A stretch of DNA of 64,000 nucleotides from Pseudonocardia sp. Lineage in GTDB: Bacteria > Actinomycetota > Actinomycetes > Mycobacteriales > Pseudonocardiaceae. Shown one piece after another: positions 1-9,142 of the stretch (position 1 is the first letter of the stretch; the number at the start of each line of letters is the position of its first letter). The notes under the pieces were generated by a model that searched no databases, was not told where the DNA came from, and worked only from the letters and a program-made list of their open reading frames with translations. Both the position numbers and the translations under genes were made by a program. The stretch is taken from the NCBI GenBank assembly GCA_036401495.1, contig DASWUV010000086.1:396-64395 (forward strand). The letters are read 5' to 3'.

Positions 1-281
1 GCGACCTCGACGCCTGGACGATCCTTGATCGTCGGCTCCGGAGCGCCGGGGGCTCGCCGCTGCTCGTCTGGCTGTGGCTGACGCCGGAGGTGGCGGCCCG
101 GCGGCTCGCGGTTCGCGCCGCCGCCAGGGACCTCGCCAAGGCCGACCGACCGGCCGCGTTCTCCGCCGGTGCGGACGTCGGGGAACCGACCGGTCCGCAT
201 CTCCCGGCGAACGGCGAGCACCCGACTGAGGACGTCGTCGACGGCGTGCTGGCTGCGCTCGCCCGGCGCACCTCGCACTGA
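1..281 (+). CDS. C-terminal fragment of an unidentified protein (5' end outside window)
   Basis: Frame 3 is open from the window edge to TGA at 279-281 and has high GC3. No recognisable motif. Confidence 0.3.
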   Translation, partial: DLDAWTILDRRLRSAGGSPLLVWLWLTPEVAARRLAVRAAARDLAKADRPAAFSAGADVGEPTGPHLPANGEHPTEDVVDGVLAALARRTSH

Positions 282-318
282 ACCAGCCGACCGACCCGAC
301 CGCCGCACCGGCCTGCCG

Positions 319-334
319 TTGCCATCGATGGCAA
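319..334. promoter_or_regulatory. LacI-family operator candidate, perfect 16-bp palindrome TTGCCATCGATGGCAA
   Basis: Perfect palindrome with a central CG, located upstream of LacI gene 384..1391. A second copy of the core lies 43 bp away. Confidence 0.55.
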
Positions 335-362
335 CCTGCTTCATACTCCCTACTACGGGGTG

Positions 363-376
363 TGCCATCGATGGCA
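363..376. promoter_or_regulatory. LacI-family operator candidate, perfect 14-bp palindrome TGCCATCGATGGCA
   Basis: Same core as 319..334. Lies 8 bp upstream of the ATG at 384. Confidence 0.55.
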
Positions 377-383
377 AAGCGTC

Positions 384-1391
384 ATGGACGGAGGTCGGGC
401 GGTGGGCGACCGAAGTATTCTGCGCGACGTCGCCCAGGCGGCCGGGGTCAGCCTCCGCACCGCGTCGCGGGTCCTCAACGACGATCCGCGCGTCGCGGCA
501 GGCACGCGGGAGCGCGTCCAGGACGTCATGAAAGAGCTGCGCTACACGCCGGACCTCATGGCCCGGTCGCTGCGTGGTGGAACGGACGCGACCATCGGCC
601 TCGTCGTCGAGTCGATCGCGGACCCGTTCTTCTCCGAGCTGGTCGCGGCCGTCGAGTTCGCCACGTCCGAGAACGGCAAGTCGGTGCTGGTCGCCTCGAC
701 GCACGGGGACGCCGAACGTGAGTCCCGTGTCGTCACCGAGCTGTTGCGACGACGGGTCTCGGGTTTGTTGGTCGTGCCTACGGCAGGCGACCACTCCTGG
801 CTCACGCAGGCGCCGCCGTTGGTGTTGGTGGACCGGCCTGCAGACGGGATCGAGGCGGACGTCGTGGGCATCGACGACAAGCGCGCGGCCTTCGACGCCG
901 TCGCCCACCTCATCGCCCACGGGCACCGCGACGTCGCCTACATCGGCGATTTCTCGCAGGTCGCGACGTCGGCGGCGCGGTTGGCGGGCTACCGCGAGGC
1001 GTTGGCGACGCACGGCCTCGCCGTCTCGGAACAACTCATCCACGCCGACTGCCCGACGCCGCAGTCGGCATCGGCCGCCGTCGCAGGCCTGTTGGCAGGC
1101 GCCCACCAGCCGACCGCGCTGTTCAGCGCCGCGACCCGATGCTCGTTGGGGGTGGTCCCGGCCATGCATCGGCACGGTCGCACCGACGTCGCCCTCGTCG
1201 GGTTCGGCGACTTCGCGATGGCCGACGCGCTCACCCCTGCGGTGACCGTCGTCGACCACTCCGGCTCTGCCGTCGGCCAGGCCGCCGTGGCGCGGTTGGC
1301 GCGCCGGATCCGCGAGCCGGAGCTGGCGACGGAGTTCGTCCAGGTGCCGGTCGCCGTGGTCGAGCGGGGCTCCGGAGAGCTGCGCCCATGA
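384..1391 (+). CDS. LacI family transcriptional regulator
   Basis: N-terminal HTH ILRDVAQAAGVSLRTASRVLND followed by a periplasmic-binding-fold body. Start chosen downstream of the operator palindromes; GTG at 402 is an alternative. The stop overlaps the next ATG (ATGA). Confidence 0.85.
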   Translation: MDGGRAVGDRSILRDVAQAAGVSLRTASRVLNDDPRVAAGTRERVQDVMKELRYTPDLMARSLRGGTDATIGLVVESIADPFFSELVAAVEFATSENGKSVLVASTHGDAERESRVVTELLRRRVSGLLVVPTAGDHSWLTQAPPLVLVDRPADGIEADVVGIDDKRAAFDAVAHLIAHGHRDVAYIGDFSQVATSAARLAGYREALATHGLAVSEQLIHADCPTPQSASAAVAGLLAGAHQPTALFSAATRCSLGVVPAMHRHGRTDVALVGFGDFAMADALTPAVTVVDHSGSAVGQAAVARLARRIREPELATEFVQVPVAVVERGSGELRP

Positions 1392-2797
1392 CCGTCACGG
1401 AAGTGGTGCTCGGCCTCGACCTGGGCACGACGAGCTCGAAGGCGCTGGTCCGCGACCTGGTGGGACGAGAGGTGGCGCTGGCGTCGGCCCGGACGCCGTG
1501 GGCGACCGTCCAGGGCGGCACCGAGACCACCGCGCCCGCCATGCTCGTGTCGGCCCTCGACCTGCTGAACCGGGCGGTGCGCACCACGGAGGAGCGGATC
1601 GGGCCGATCCAGGTGGTCGGCGTCGGGATCGCGGGCCTCGGCGAGAGCGGCGTCCTGCTCGACGCCCGTGGCGAGCCGTGCGCGCCGGTGATCGCGTGGT
1701 TCGACAAGCGTGGCACGCAGGAGGTCGCACGGCTCGGGAACCGGACAGCCGGGCTGCCGGAGCAGTTCGCCCGTCGAACCGGCCTGCCATGGGACAGCCA
1801 GGCGAGTCTCGCGAAGTTGCTGTGGTTGCAGAGTGCAGGCCACCCGCTCACTGCCGCGCACCGCTGGTGCAGCGTTCCCGAATGGGTGGTGCACCGCCTC
1901 GGCGGCACACTGGTGCGCGAGCCCTCGCTGGCGGCCCGGACCGGCCTCGTCGACCAGGCCACGGGCAGCGTGTGGGAAGCGGGGCTCCGGGCGGCCGGGC
2001 TGCCGCTGACGTTGCTGCCGCCGCCGCTGACCGCGGGGACCGCCGCCGGATCCCTGTGCCACGTCGGGCTCCCGTCCGCGCTACAGGGTGCCGCGCTGAC
2101 CGTGGCGGGCCACGACCACCCCGTCGCGGCCGTCGGCGTCGGTGCCGCCGGGCCTGACGAGCTGTTCAACTCCTCGGGTACCGCCGACGTCGTCGCGCGC
2201 TCCCTTCCCGGGGTGCTCGACGACGACCGGCGTGCGCTGCTCGTCCGGTCCGGCCTTTCGGTCGGCGCGCACGTCCTGCCGGACACCAGCCTCGTGCTGG
2301 GCGGCGCCCGGGGTGGGCTGCTGTTGCGCCGGGTTCTCTGCGCACTCGGCGCGGTCAGCGCACCCGAGCGGGAGCGCCTGGACCTGGCCGCGCTCGCCGT
2401 CGAGGACCTGCCACTCGGGCTGGAGGTCTCGGGCGCCGGACCCACCGGCGACGACGTGGTGCTCCGCATGCGGGACGACGTCAGCCCGGCCCACATCTGG
2501 GCGGCGGCCACCCGGTACACCGCCGCGGCGACCGGCACGCTGATCGCCACGATCGAGGCTGTCGTCGGACCCCACCGACGAGCGATCGCCTGCGGCGGCT
2601 GGACCCGCATGGACAGCGTGCGCGCAGCCAAACGGTCGGCCATCGCCAACCTGGAGTTCTCCGTACTCCGCGAACCCGGCGCCGTCGGTGCAGCCTTGCT
2701 GGCGGCACAGGCCGCAGGCGTCATCCCCGCAACCAACTGCCCCGGCGACGTACTGCACGACCATCCCATCAGCGCGATCCCTGGAGGAGACGCATGA
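1388..2797 (+). CDS. FGGY family carbohydrate kinase (xylulokinase-like)
   Basis: N-terminal LGLDLGTTSSKA phosphate-1 motif. Length is about 470 aa. The track ORF 1139..2797 is trimmed to the ATG at 1388, which overlaps the lacI stop. Confidence 0.8.
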   Translation: MTVTEVVLGLDLGTTSSKALVRDLVGREVALASARTPWATVQGGTETTAPAMLVSALDLLNRAVRTTEERIGPIQVVGVGIAGLGESGVLLDARGEPCAPVIAWFDKRGTQEVARLGNRTAGLPEQFARRTGLPWDSQASLAKLLWLQSAGHPLTAAHRWCSVPEWVVHRLGGTLVREPSLAARTGLVDQATGSVWEAGLRAAGLPLTLLPPPLTAGTAAGSLCHVGLPSALQGAALTVAGHDHPVAAVGVGAAGPDELFNSSGTADVVARSLPGVLDDDRRALLVRSGLSVGAHVLPDTSLVLGGARGGLLLRRVLCALGAVSAPERERLDLAALAVEDLPLGLEVSGAGPTGDDVVLRMRDDVSPAHIWAAATRYTAAATGTLIATIEAVVGPHRRAIACGGWTRMDSVRAAKRSAIANLEFSVLREPGAVGAALLAAQAAGVIPATNCPGDVLHDHPISAIPGGDA

Positions 2798-3729
2798 GTC
2801 CCACGACGGCCCAACCGGCGAAGACCCTCGACGACATCGCGGGGGAGGACGGCATCTTCGCGATCATCGCCATGGACCAGCGCAACACACTGCGGCGGAT
2901 GTTCGCCGCCGTCGGCATCGACGCGACCGACCAGGACCTGCGCCAGTCCAAGGCCGATGTCGCGCGGGCACTGAGCCCGACCGCGAGCGGCATCTTGTTC
3001 GACCCGACCTACGGCGTCCCCGCCGTCATGGAATCGGGCGCCTTGCACGCGGGCTGCGGATTGTTGGTGGCGTCCGAGCCGTCGGTGCGCGGTGTGTTCA
3101 ACGGGGAGCCGCGGACCCACCGCGATCCGGAGCTGGACGCGCGCTGGGTGCTCGAGCAGGGCGGTGACGCCAACAAGTTCTTCGCCCAGCTCCGTGCGGA
3201 CCGTCCGGCTCCGCAGGCGGGCGAGCCCGACCTGGTGGCCGACTGCCTCGACGCCGTGCGGCAGGTCGTCGAAGACTGCCGAGCCGTCGGCATCCCTTCC
3301 GTGATCGAGAACCTGGTGTACCCGCTGCCCGGCGAGGACCTCGCGGGCAAGCGCCGCGAGGACGCGGTCGTGGAGTCCGCGCGGGCGCTGAACGACCTCG
3401 ACATCGACCTGCTCAAGCTGGAGTACCCGGGCTCGCCGGAAGGCTGCCGTCGGCTGGCGTCGGTGCTCGACCGGCCCTGGGCCGTGCTGTCGGCAGGCGT
3501 GCCGTTCGCTGATTTCACCGAGGTCATGAACATTGCGTTCGACGAGGGCGGGGCTTCGGGGTTCATCGCAGGCCGCTCGGTGTGGCGCGAGTCGCTGGCG
3601 CTGGCGGGAGCGCAGCGGCAGGAGTTCCTCGACACGGTGGCCCGGCCGCGCCTCGACACGCTGCGGGCGGTGGCCGCCGCAGGAGCTCGGCCGTGGACCG
3701 AGGCGACCGCGAAGGCCGCAGTCAGGTAA
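2794..3729 (+). CDS. Class I aldolase, LacD/tagatose-bisphosphate aldolase family
   Basis: FAIIAMDQRNTLRRMF and LLKLEYPG motifs are typical of the LacD/YihT family. GGAGGAG RBS at 2783-2789. The ATG overlaps the kinase stop. Confidence 0.7.
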   Translation: MSPTTAQPAKTLDDIAGEDGIFAIIAMDQRNTLRRMFAAVGIDATDQDLRQSKADVARALSPTASGILFDPTYGVPAVMESGALHAGCGLLVASEPSVRGVFNGEPRTHRDPELDARWVLEQGGDANKFFAQLRADRPAPQAGEPDLVADCLDAVRQVVEDCRAVGIPSVIENLVYPLPGEDLAGKRREDAVVESARALNDLDIDLLKLEYPGSPEGCRRLASVLDRPWAVLSAGVPFADFTEVMNIAFDEGGASGFIAGRSVWRESLALAGAQRQEFLDTVARPRLDTLRAVAAAGARPWTEATAKAAVR

Positions 3730-3738
3730 CGGCCGCGA

Positions 3739-4752
3739 TCAGGTAGCCGCCAGCTCCGTTCCGGTTGCCGCAGGCGGGCCGCAGCACGCCGCCTGCAGCA
3801 CGAGGTCCACCGGCAGGACGACATGGCGCTTCAGGCGTCGGCGCGGGTGGTCGAGCCGCTCGAAGAGCCGGGTGGCGGCCACCCGCCCGATCCGGCCGGG
3901 GTCGTGATCGACGACGGTGGGGGCAGGCCGGAGCGACATCGCCAGGGGGAAGTCGCCGAAACTGATCAGCGGCACGTCGGTCCGGTCGGCCGACTGGAGC
4001 GCGGGCACGACGCCGATCGAGCACCGCACGGTGGACGAGAAGATCGCGGTGGGCGGGTCGGGAGCGGCGAGCAGTTTGAGGGTGAGCTCGCGCGCGGTGT
4101 TCTTCTGCGTCGCCTCGAGCGCGACCAGCTGCGGATCGTAGGACAGCCCCGCCTCGGCGATCGCCTTCTGGTACCCCTTGAGGCGGCGGGCGACGGTCGC
4201 GATCTCCAGCGTGTCCCCGATGAAGGCGATGCGGCGGTGGCCGTGCCGCACCAGGTGGGCCGTGGCGTTCCGCGCGCCGCCGACGTCGTCCGCGATGACG
4301 CTGTCGGCCTTGATCCCGGTCGGCGGGCGGTCGATGAAGACGACAGCCATCCGGGACAGCCATGGCTCCAGGTAGGACTGGTCCCGCGAGACGGGGGTGG
4401 AGACCAGTCCGGCGAGCTGGCGGCCGAGCAACGCCTCCACCCCGGCCCGCTCGTGCGCGCCGTCGTCGCCGAGGCTGGTCACGATCACCGCGCTGCCACG
4501 CGCTCTGGCGATCGCCTCCACGGCGTGGATGGCGGCGGCGAAGAACGGGTCGGAGATGTCGGGGACGGCAACGCCGATCGCGTTGTCGCTGCCGGAGCGG
4601 AAGGTCCGCGCCAAGACGTTCGGCACGTAGCGCAGCTCGGCGATGGCCCGCTCGACGCGTCCGCGGACCTCTTCGGAGACGTAGCGGTCGTTGCGCATGA
4701 CCCGGGAGACCGTCTTGCCGCTGACGCCTGCCAGGGCCGCGACCTCGCGCAT
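3739..4752 (-). CDS. LacI family transcriptional regulator
   Basis: HTH MREVAALAGVSGKTVSRVMRND. The track ORF is trimmed to the ATG at 4752; the longer ORF would run over the operator palindromes. Confidence 0.85.
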   Translation of the reverse strand: MREVAALAGVSGKTVSRVMRNDRYVSEEVRGRVERAIAELRYVPNVLARTFRSGSDNAIGVAVPDISDPFFAAAIHAVEAIARARGSAVIVTSLGDDGAHERAGVEALLGRQLAGLVSTPVSRDQSYLEPWLSRMAVVFIDRPPTGIKADSVIADDVGGARNATAHLVRHGHRRIAFIGDTLEIATVARRLKGYQKAIAEAGLSYDPQLVALEATQKNTARELTLKLLAAPDPPTAIFSSTVRCSIGVVPALQSADRTDVPLISFGDFPLAMSLRPAPTVVDHDPGRIGRVAATRLFERLDHPRRRLKRHVVLPVDLVLQAACCGPPAATGTELAAT

Positions 4753-4904
4753 CGTGCTCACACACCCTCCTCGCGCACGCTCGTCAGGCGCGTTCGCTGC
4801 GCTGCTGTGCCTGATGGTGAACTCGCTGGCTCGCTCACTGGACCACCCTTCGCCGGACCGACGTGCTCCAGACCGATGCCACGAGGCCATCAGCGTGCCA
4901 CCTA

Positions 4905-4918
4905 TGTCACCGGTGACA
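4905..4918. promoter_or_regulatory. LacI-family operator candidate, perfect palindrome TGTCACCGGTGACA (copy 1)
   Basis: Perfect 14-bp palindrome in the divergent region between LacI (3739..4752) and the ABC operon (5140->). Confidence 0.6.
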
Positions 4919-4938
4919 AGTTGGATACATTTCCACTC

Positions 4939-4952
4939 TGTCACCGGTGACA
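4939..4952. promoter_or_regulatory. LacI-family operator candidate TGTCACCGGTGACA (copy 2)
   Basis: Identical 14-mer, 34 bp from copy 1. Confidence 0.6.
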
Positions 4953-5003
4953 TACCCGCGCAACTACCCTAGGCTGCGCAACCAGCAGGCGAACGACGAA
5001 ATC

Positions 5004-5017
5004 TGTCACCGGTGACA
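5004..5017. promoter_or_regulatory. LacI-family operator candidate TGTCACCGGTGACA (copy 3)
   Basis: Identical 14-mer, 65 bp from copy 2 and about 120 bp upstream of the ABC ATPase start. Confidence 0.6.
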
Positions 5018-5139
5018 GTGCCAGGTCGGGTGACGGTCGGGTCGGCGGTCGCTCTGGCGTCAAGGGAGATCGTGATGAATATGCAAAGGGGCAGTCATGC
5101 GAGACCGCGAACCGCCCGCCGACGGCCACCGCGGGAGTC

Positions 5140-5943
5140 GTGGCTCTTTCCGGCGCTGGTGATCACCTCGTGAGCCCGATTCTGGAAGCGCGTGGCCTCT
5201 CGCGCAGCTTCGGGCACGTGCGCGCGTTGAACAACGCGGATTTCGACATCGACGCCGGCGAGGTCGTGGCGTTGATCGGCGACAACGGCGCGGGCAAGTC
5301 GACGATGGTGAAGGCGTTGACCGGAAACCTGGAGGTCGACTCGGGCGAACTGCTATTCGAGGGCAAGCCCGTCACGATCACCTCGCCCCACCAGGCGTCG
5401 GAGATGGGTATGGAGGTGGTGTACCAGGATCTCGCGCTGGCGCCGCATCTGAATCCGGTCCAGAACATGTTCCTCGGTCGCGAGATTCCCCGAAAAGGGC
5501 TGCTCGGCAAGCTCGGGTTCATGGACGACAAGGCCATGCGGGCCAAGGCCAGGGCCGGGTTCGAGGAGCTGGGTGGCACTGTCCGGTCGCTGTCGGCACA
5601 GGTCGGCGCCATGTCGGGTGGGCAGCGTCAGCAGATCGCCATCGTGCGATCCATCGCGTGGGCCGACAAAATCATCTTCCTGGACGAGCCGACCGCCGCA
5701 CTCGGCGTCGTGCAGACCAAGAATGTCCTGGAGACCATCAAACGGGTCAGGGACAAGGGCATCGCAGTCGTGCTGATCTCCCACTCGATGCCTGCGGTGT
5801 TGGAGGTCGCCGACCGCGTCCAGGTGATGCGCCTCGGCACCCGGGTGGCGACCCTGCCCGCCAAAGAGACCACCGTCGAACAGCTCGTCGGCGCCATGAC
5901 CGGTGCGCTTGACGCGAATCTGGTCAAGGAGGACGTGGCGTGA
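5140..5943 (+). CDS. Sugar ABC transporter ATP-binding protein
   Basis: Walker A GDNGAGKST, signature MSGGQRQ, Walker B IIFLDEPTAAL. Confidence 0.9.
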   Translation: MALSGAGDHLVSPILEARGLSRSFGHVRALNNADFDIDAGEVVALIGDNGAGKSTMVKALTGNLEVDSGELLFEGKPVTITSPHQASEMGMEVVYQDLALAPHLNPVQNMFLGREIPRKGLLGKLGFMDDKAMRAKARAGFEELGGTVRSLSAQVGAMSGGQRQQIAIVRSIAWADKIIFLDEPTAALGVVQTKNVLETIKRVRDKGIAVVLISHSMPAVLEVADRVQVMRLGTRVATLPAKETTVEQLVGAMTGALDANLVKEDVA

Positions 5944-7010
5944 GCGTCATCGCGAAAGAGGACTCCGCGGCCGTCGTGGACCACGGCGAGCAAGACAGCC
6001 TTCTCAAACGCCTCACCAGCCTGCAGTCGGTGTGGATTCTGGGTGTGCTGGTCGTCATTGTCGTGTTCTTCTCGGTGGCCGCGGGCGGCAAGTTCCTGTC
6101 CACCAGCAACTTCTCGCTCATCTCGCAGAACATCGCCGTGTGGGCCGTGCTGGGGGTGGGGATGACGTTTGTCATCATCACCTCCGGCATCGACCTTTCG
6201 ATCGGCTCGGTGCTGGTGTTCTCCTCGGTCGTCGCGGCGAAGGTCATGGCGGCCATCGGCGGCGACGGCTGGGGCGTCACGGTCATCGGCCTCCTCGTCG
6301 CGCTGGTCACCGGCGCGCTGTGGGGCGTGCTCAACGGGTTCCTGGTCGCGAAGGCCAAGGTCCCCGCGCTGATCGTCACCCTCGGGTCGCTTTCGGTGGC
6401 GCTGGGGTTGGCCCAGGTCCTCACGGGCGGCATCGACATCCGGTCGGTACCCGGTGCCCTCACCGACTTCAACGCCTACACCAAGATCCTCGGCATCCCC
6501 TCGCTGCCCTTCGTGGCGCTGCTGACCTTGATCGTCGGCGGGATCGTCCTGCACAAGACGAAGTTCGGCCGCTACACGTACGCCATCGGCTCCAACGAGC
6601 TCGGCGCCCGCCGGGTCGGCATCAACGTCGACCGACACCTGATCATGGTGTACGGGTTGTCCGGGCTGATGGCGGGCTTCGGCGCCGTGCTCGCGCTGTC
6701 GCAGTACGGCACGACCACGATCGCCGGGCAGTCGCTCACGAACCTGAACGTCATCGCGGCCGTCGTGATCGGCGGCACCTCCATCTTCGGTGGCGAAGGC
6801 TCCATCTTCGGCACCGTCGTCGGCCTGTTCATCCCGGCCGTCCTGCAAGCCGGTTTCGTGATCATCGGCGTCGAGGCCTTCTGGCAGGGCGTCGCCGTCG
6901 GGACCGTCCTGGTCGCCGCCGTCTACGTCGACCAGTCCCGCCGCGCCGCGGCTCTGCGGGGGGCGAAGTCCCGCAACCCGTTCATGGCCCTCCTCCGATC
7001 CAACAAGTGA
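5940..7010 (+). CDS. Sugar ABC transporter permease (ribose/xylose type)
   Basis: Polytopic hydrophobic protein with RbsC-like composition. Its start overlaps the upstream stop. Confidence 0.9.
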   Translation: MSVIAKEDSAAVVDHGEQDSLLKRLTSLQSVWILGVLVVIVVFFSVAAGGKFLSTSNFSLISQNIAVWAVLGVGMTFVIITSGIDLSIGSVLVFSSVVAAKVMAAIGGDGWGVTVIGLLVALVTGALWGVLNGFLVAKAKVPALIVTLGSLSVALGLAQVLTGGIDIRSVPGALTDFNAYTKILGIPSLPFVALLTLIVGGIVLHKTKFGRYTYAIGSNELGARRVGINVDRHLIMVYGLSGLMAGFGAVLALSQYGTTTIAGQSLTNLNVIAAVVIGGTSIFGGEGSIFGTVVGLFIPAVLQAGFVIIGVEAFWQGVAVGTVLVAAVYVDQSRRAAALRGAKSRNPFMALLRSNK

Positions 7011-7020
7011 AGGAACCCGC

Positions 7021-8073
7021 ATGAGATCAAGGACGCTCCTCAAGGCCGCGGCAGCGATGGCAGTGCTGGCGTTGCCGCTGACCGCCTGTTCCAGCTCGAA
7101 ACCGCCGGAAGCGGCCGCGCCGAGTGGCGGCTCGACGGCGGCGGCCAACCCGAACGCCCCTGCGGCCACCGGCGTCACCGCGCCGGACAAGGCCAAGAAG
7201 AACTACAACGTCCAGTTCATCCAGGGCGTCACCGGCGACCAGTTCTACATCACGATGCAGTGCGGGGCGCAGAGCGAAGCGTCCAAGCTCGGCGTCACCG
7301 TCACGACCCAGGGCCCGCAGAAGTTCGACCCGACCCTGCAGAAGCCGATCCTCGACTCCGTCACCGCGACGAAGCCGGACGCGATCCTGATCGCGCCGAC
7401 CGACGTCACCGCCATGCAGCAGCCGCTGCAGGCGGCCGCCGCCGCCGGCATCAAGGTGATCCTCGTCGACACCACCACCCAGGACCCCTCCTACGCGACC
7501 TCGGCCATCGCCTCCGACAACGAGGGCGGCGGGAAGGCGGCGTTCGACGCCGTCAAGAAGCTCAACCCCAACGGCGGCAAGGTCATGGTCATGTCCACCG
7601 ACCCCGGCGTCTCGACCGTGGACGCCCGGATCAAGGGCTTCGAGACGGCGGCCAAGGCCGACTCCACCTTCCAGTACCTGCCCGTGCAGTACTCCCACAA
7701 CGACCCGGCGACCGCCGCGAACCTGATGGCGTCGGCCCTGCAGAAGGACCCCGACATCGTCGGCGTCTTCGCCGCCAACCTGTTCTCGGCGGAGGGCACC
7801 GCCACCGGCGTGAAGCAGGCGGGCAAGGCGGGCAACGTCAAGATCGTCAGCTTCGACGCGGGACCCAACCAGGTCAAGGACCTCAGGGACGGCACCATCC
7901 AGGCGCTCGTCGCGCAGCAGCCGGGCATCATCGGCCAGTACGGCGTCGATGAGGCCGTCGCCGCGCTCGACGGCGGGACCGTCACGCCGAAGGTGCAGAC
8001 CGGGTTCACCACCATCACCAAGGACAACGTGGACGGCGACGGGGCTTCCGCCGTGTACCAGTCCAGCTGCTGA
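7021..8073 (+). CDS. Sugar ABC transporter substrate-binding lipoprotein
   Basis: Signal peptide with lipobox LPLTAC, followed by a type I periplasmic binding fold. Confidence 0.85.
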   Translation: MRSRTLLKAAAAMAVLALPLTACSSSKPPEAAAPSGGSTAAANPNAPAATGVTAPDKAKKNYNVQFIQGVTGDQFYITMQCGAQSEASKLGVTVTTQGPQKFDPTLQKPILDSVTATKPDAILIAPTDVTAMQQPLQAAAAAGIKVILVDTTTQDPSYATSAIASDNEGGGKAAFDAVKKLNPNGGKVMVMSTDPGVSTVDARIKGFETAAKADSTFQYLPVQYSHNDPATAANLMASALQKDPDIVGVFAANLFSAEGTATGVKQAGKAGNVKIVSFDAGPNQVKDLRDGTIQALVAQQPGIIGQYGVDEAVAALDGGTVTPKVQTGFTTITKDNVDGDGASAVYQSSC

Positions 8074-8093
8074 CGCCTGGCAGCATCAGTACG

Positions 8094-8131
8094 CGCGGGT
8101 GGGGCCGGGACGACCGCAGGCCCCACCCGCG
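8094..8131 (+). terminator. GC-rich stem-loop downstream of the binding-protein gene
   Basis: A 13-bp stem (CGCGGGTGGGGCC / GGCCCCACCCGCG) with a 12-nt loop. No U-tract. Confidence 0.45.
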
Positions 8132-8165
8132 TTCCAGCTCCCCGAGAACGAGAGAGAACGCGACG

Positions 8166-8891
8166 ATGGGCGACTTCGACGGTCGGACGGTCCTGGTGAC
8201 CGGCGCGAGTGGCGGGATCGGCAGCGCGATCGTGCGCCAGCTGGTCACAGCGGGCGCCGACGTCGTGGCCAGCGCCCGATCCGAGGAGGACCTCGCCCCG
8301 CTGGCCGGCGAGACCGGCTGTCGCACCCGGCCCTTCGAGCTGACCTCCGAGGACAGCGTCCGTCAGGGGATCGAAGGGCTCGAGCTGTACGGGCTGGTGA
8401 ACTGCGGCGGGTTCGGTGGGGAGATCGCCACTCCGATGGAGACCGACATCGAGGTGTTCGACAAGGTCATCAGCGTCAACGCGAGGGGCGCTCTGCTGAC
8501 CATCAAGTACGCGGCCCCCTCGATGATCCGCAACGGCATCGGCTCGATCGTGAACGTGTCGAGCCAGGCCAGCCTCGTCGCGCTCCCAGGGCACATCTCC
8601 TACGGTTCGGCCAAGGCGGCGCTGGACAACATCACCCGCGTGTCGGCCCTGGAGCTCGGGCGCTACAACATCCGCGTCAACAGTGTGAACCCGACGGTCG
8701 TCATGACTCCCATGTCGGCGTGGTACTGGGGGCGCGAGGACATCGAGAAGCCCTTCCTCGAAGCGATGCCGCTCGGCCGTTGGGCCACCCAGGACGAGAT
8801 CGCCGCCCCCATCGTGTTCCTGCTCGGCGACGGCGCCTCGATGATCACCGGGGTGTCGCTGCCGATCGACGGCGGCTACTCCAGCCGCTAG
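8166..8891 (+). CDS. SDR family oxidoreductase
   Basis: VTGASGGIGSAI cofactor motif and YGSAKAAL catalytic motif. Confidence 0.85.
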   Translation: MGDFDGRTVLVTGASGGIGSAIVRQLVTAGADVVASARSEEDLAPLAGETGCRTRPFELTSEDSVRQGIEGLELYGLVNCGGFGGEIATPMETDIEVFDKVISVNARGALLTIKYAAPSMIRNGIGSIVNVSSQASLVALPGHISYGSAKAALDNITRVSALELGRYNIRVNSVNPTVVMTPMSAWYWGREDIEKPFLEAMPLGRWATQDEIAAPIVFLLGDGASMITGVSLPIDGGYSSR

Positions 8892-9142
8892 AAGGACGGC
8901 TCCAGCAGCGCGGCACTTGGGACAACCGCACCAGCGTTGTCGGGTCTACACCCCCGCCAGGACGCAGGTGTGGCCACGGCGACGCTGGTGTGCACCATGT
9001 GGCCGTTGCCGCGAGGATTGTTGCTGGACGCCAGCGGCCCAGGCGTCCCAGCAGGTCGGCCCGGTTGGCACGCGGGGGTCGCTGGACGTCGCCGCGTGAC
9101 CGGATCGTCGACAGCAGCACACGCATCGGAGTCCCCTTGCCG

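Noticed and set aside
1231-3120. A 629-aa ORF on the minus strand, and similar giants (5628..7196, 14296..16062, 31288..33144, 49242..51224).
   Set aside because: They lie antisense to genes with clear catalytic motifs. Their translations are Arg/Pro/Gly/Ala-rich low-complexity products typical of off-frame ORFs in very GC-rich DNA. They show no motifs.
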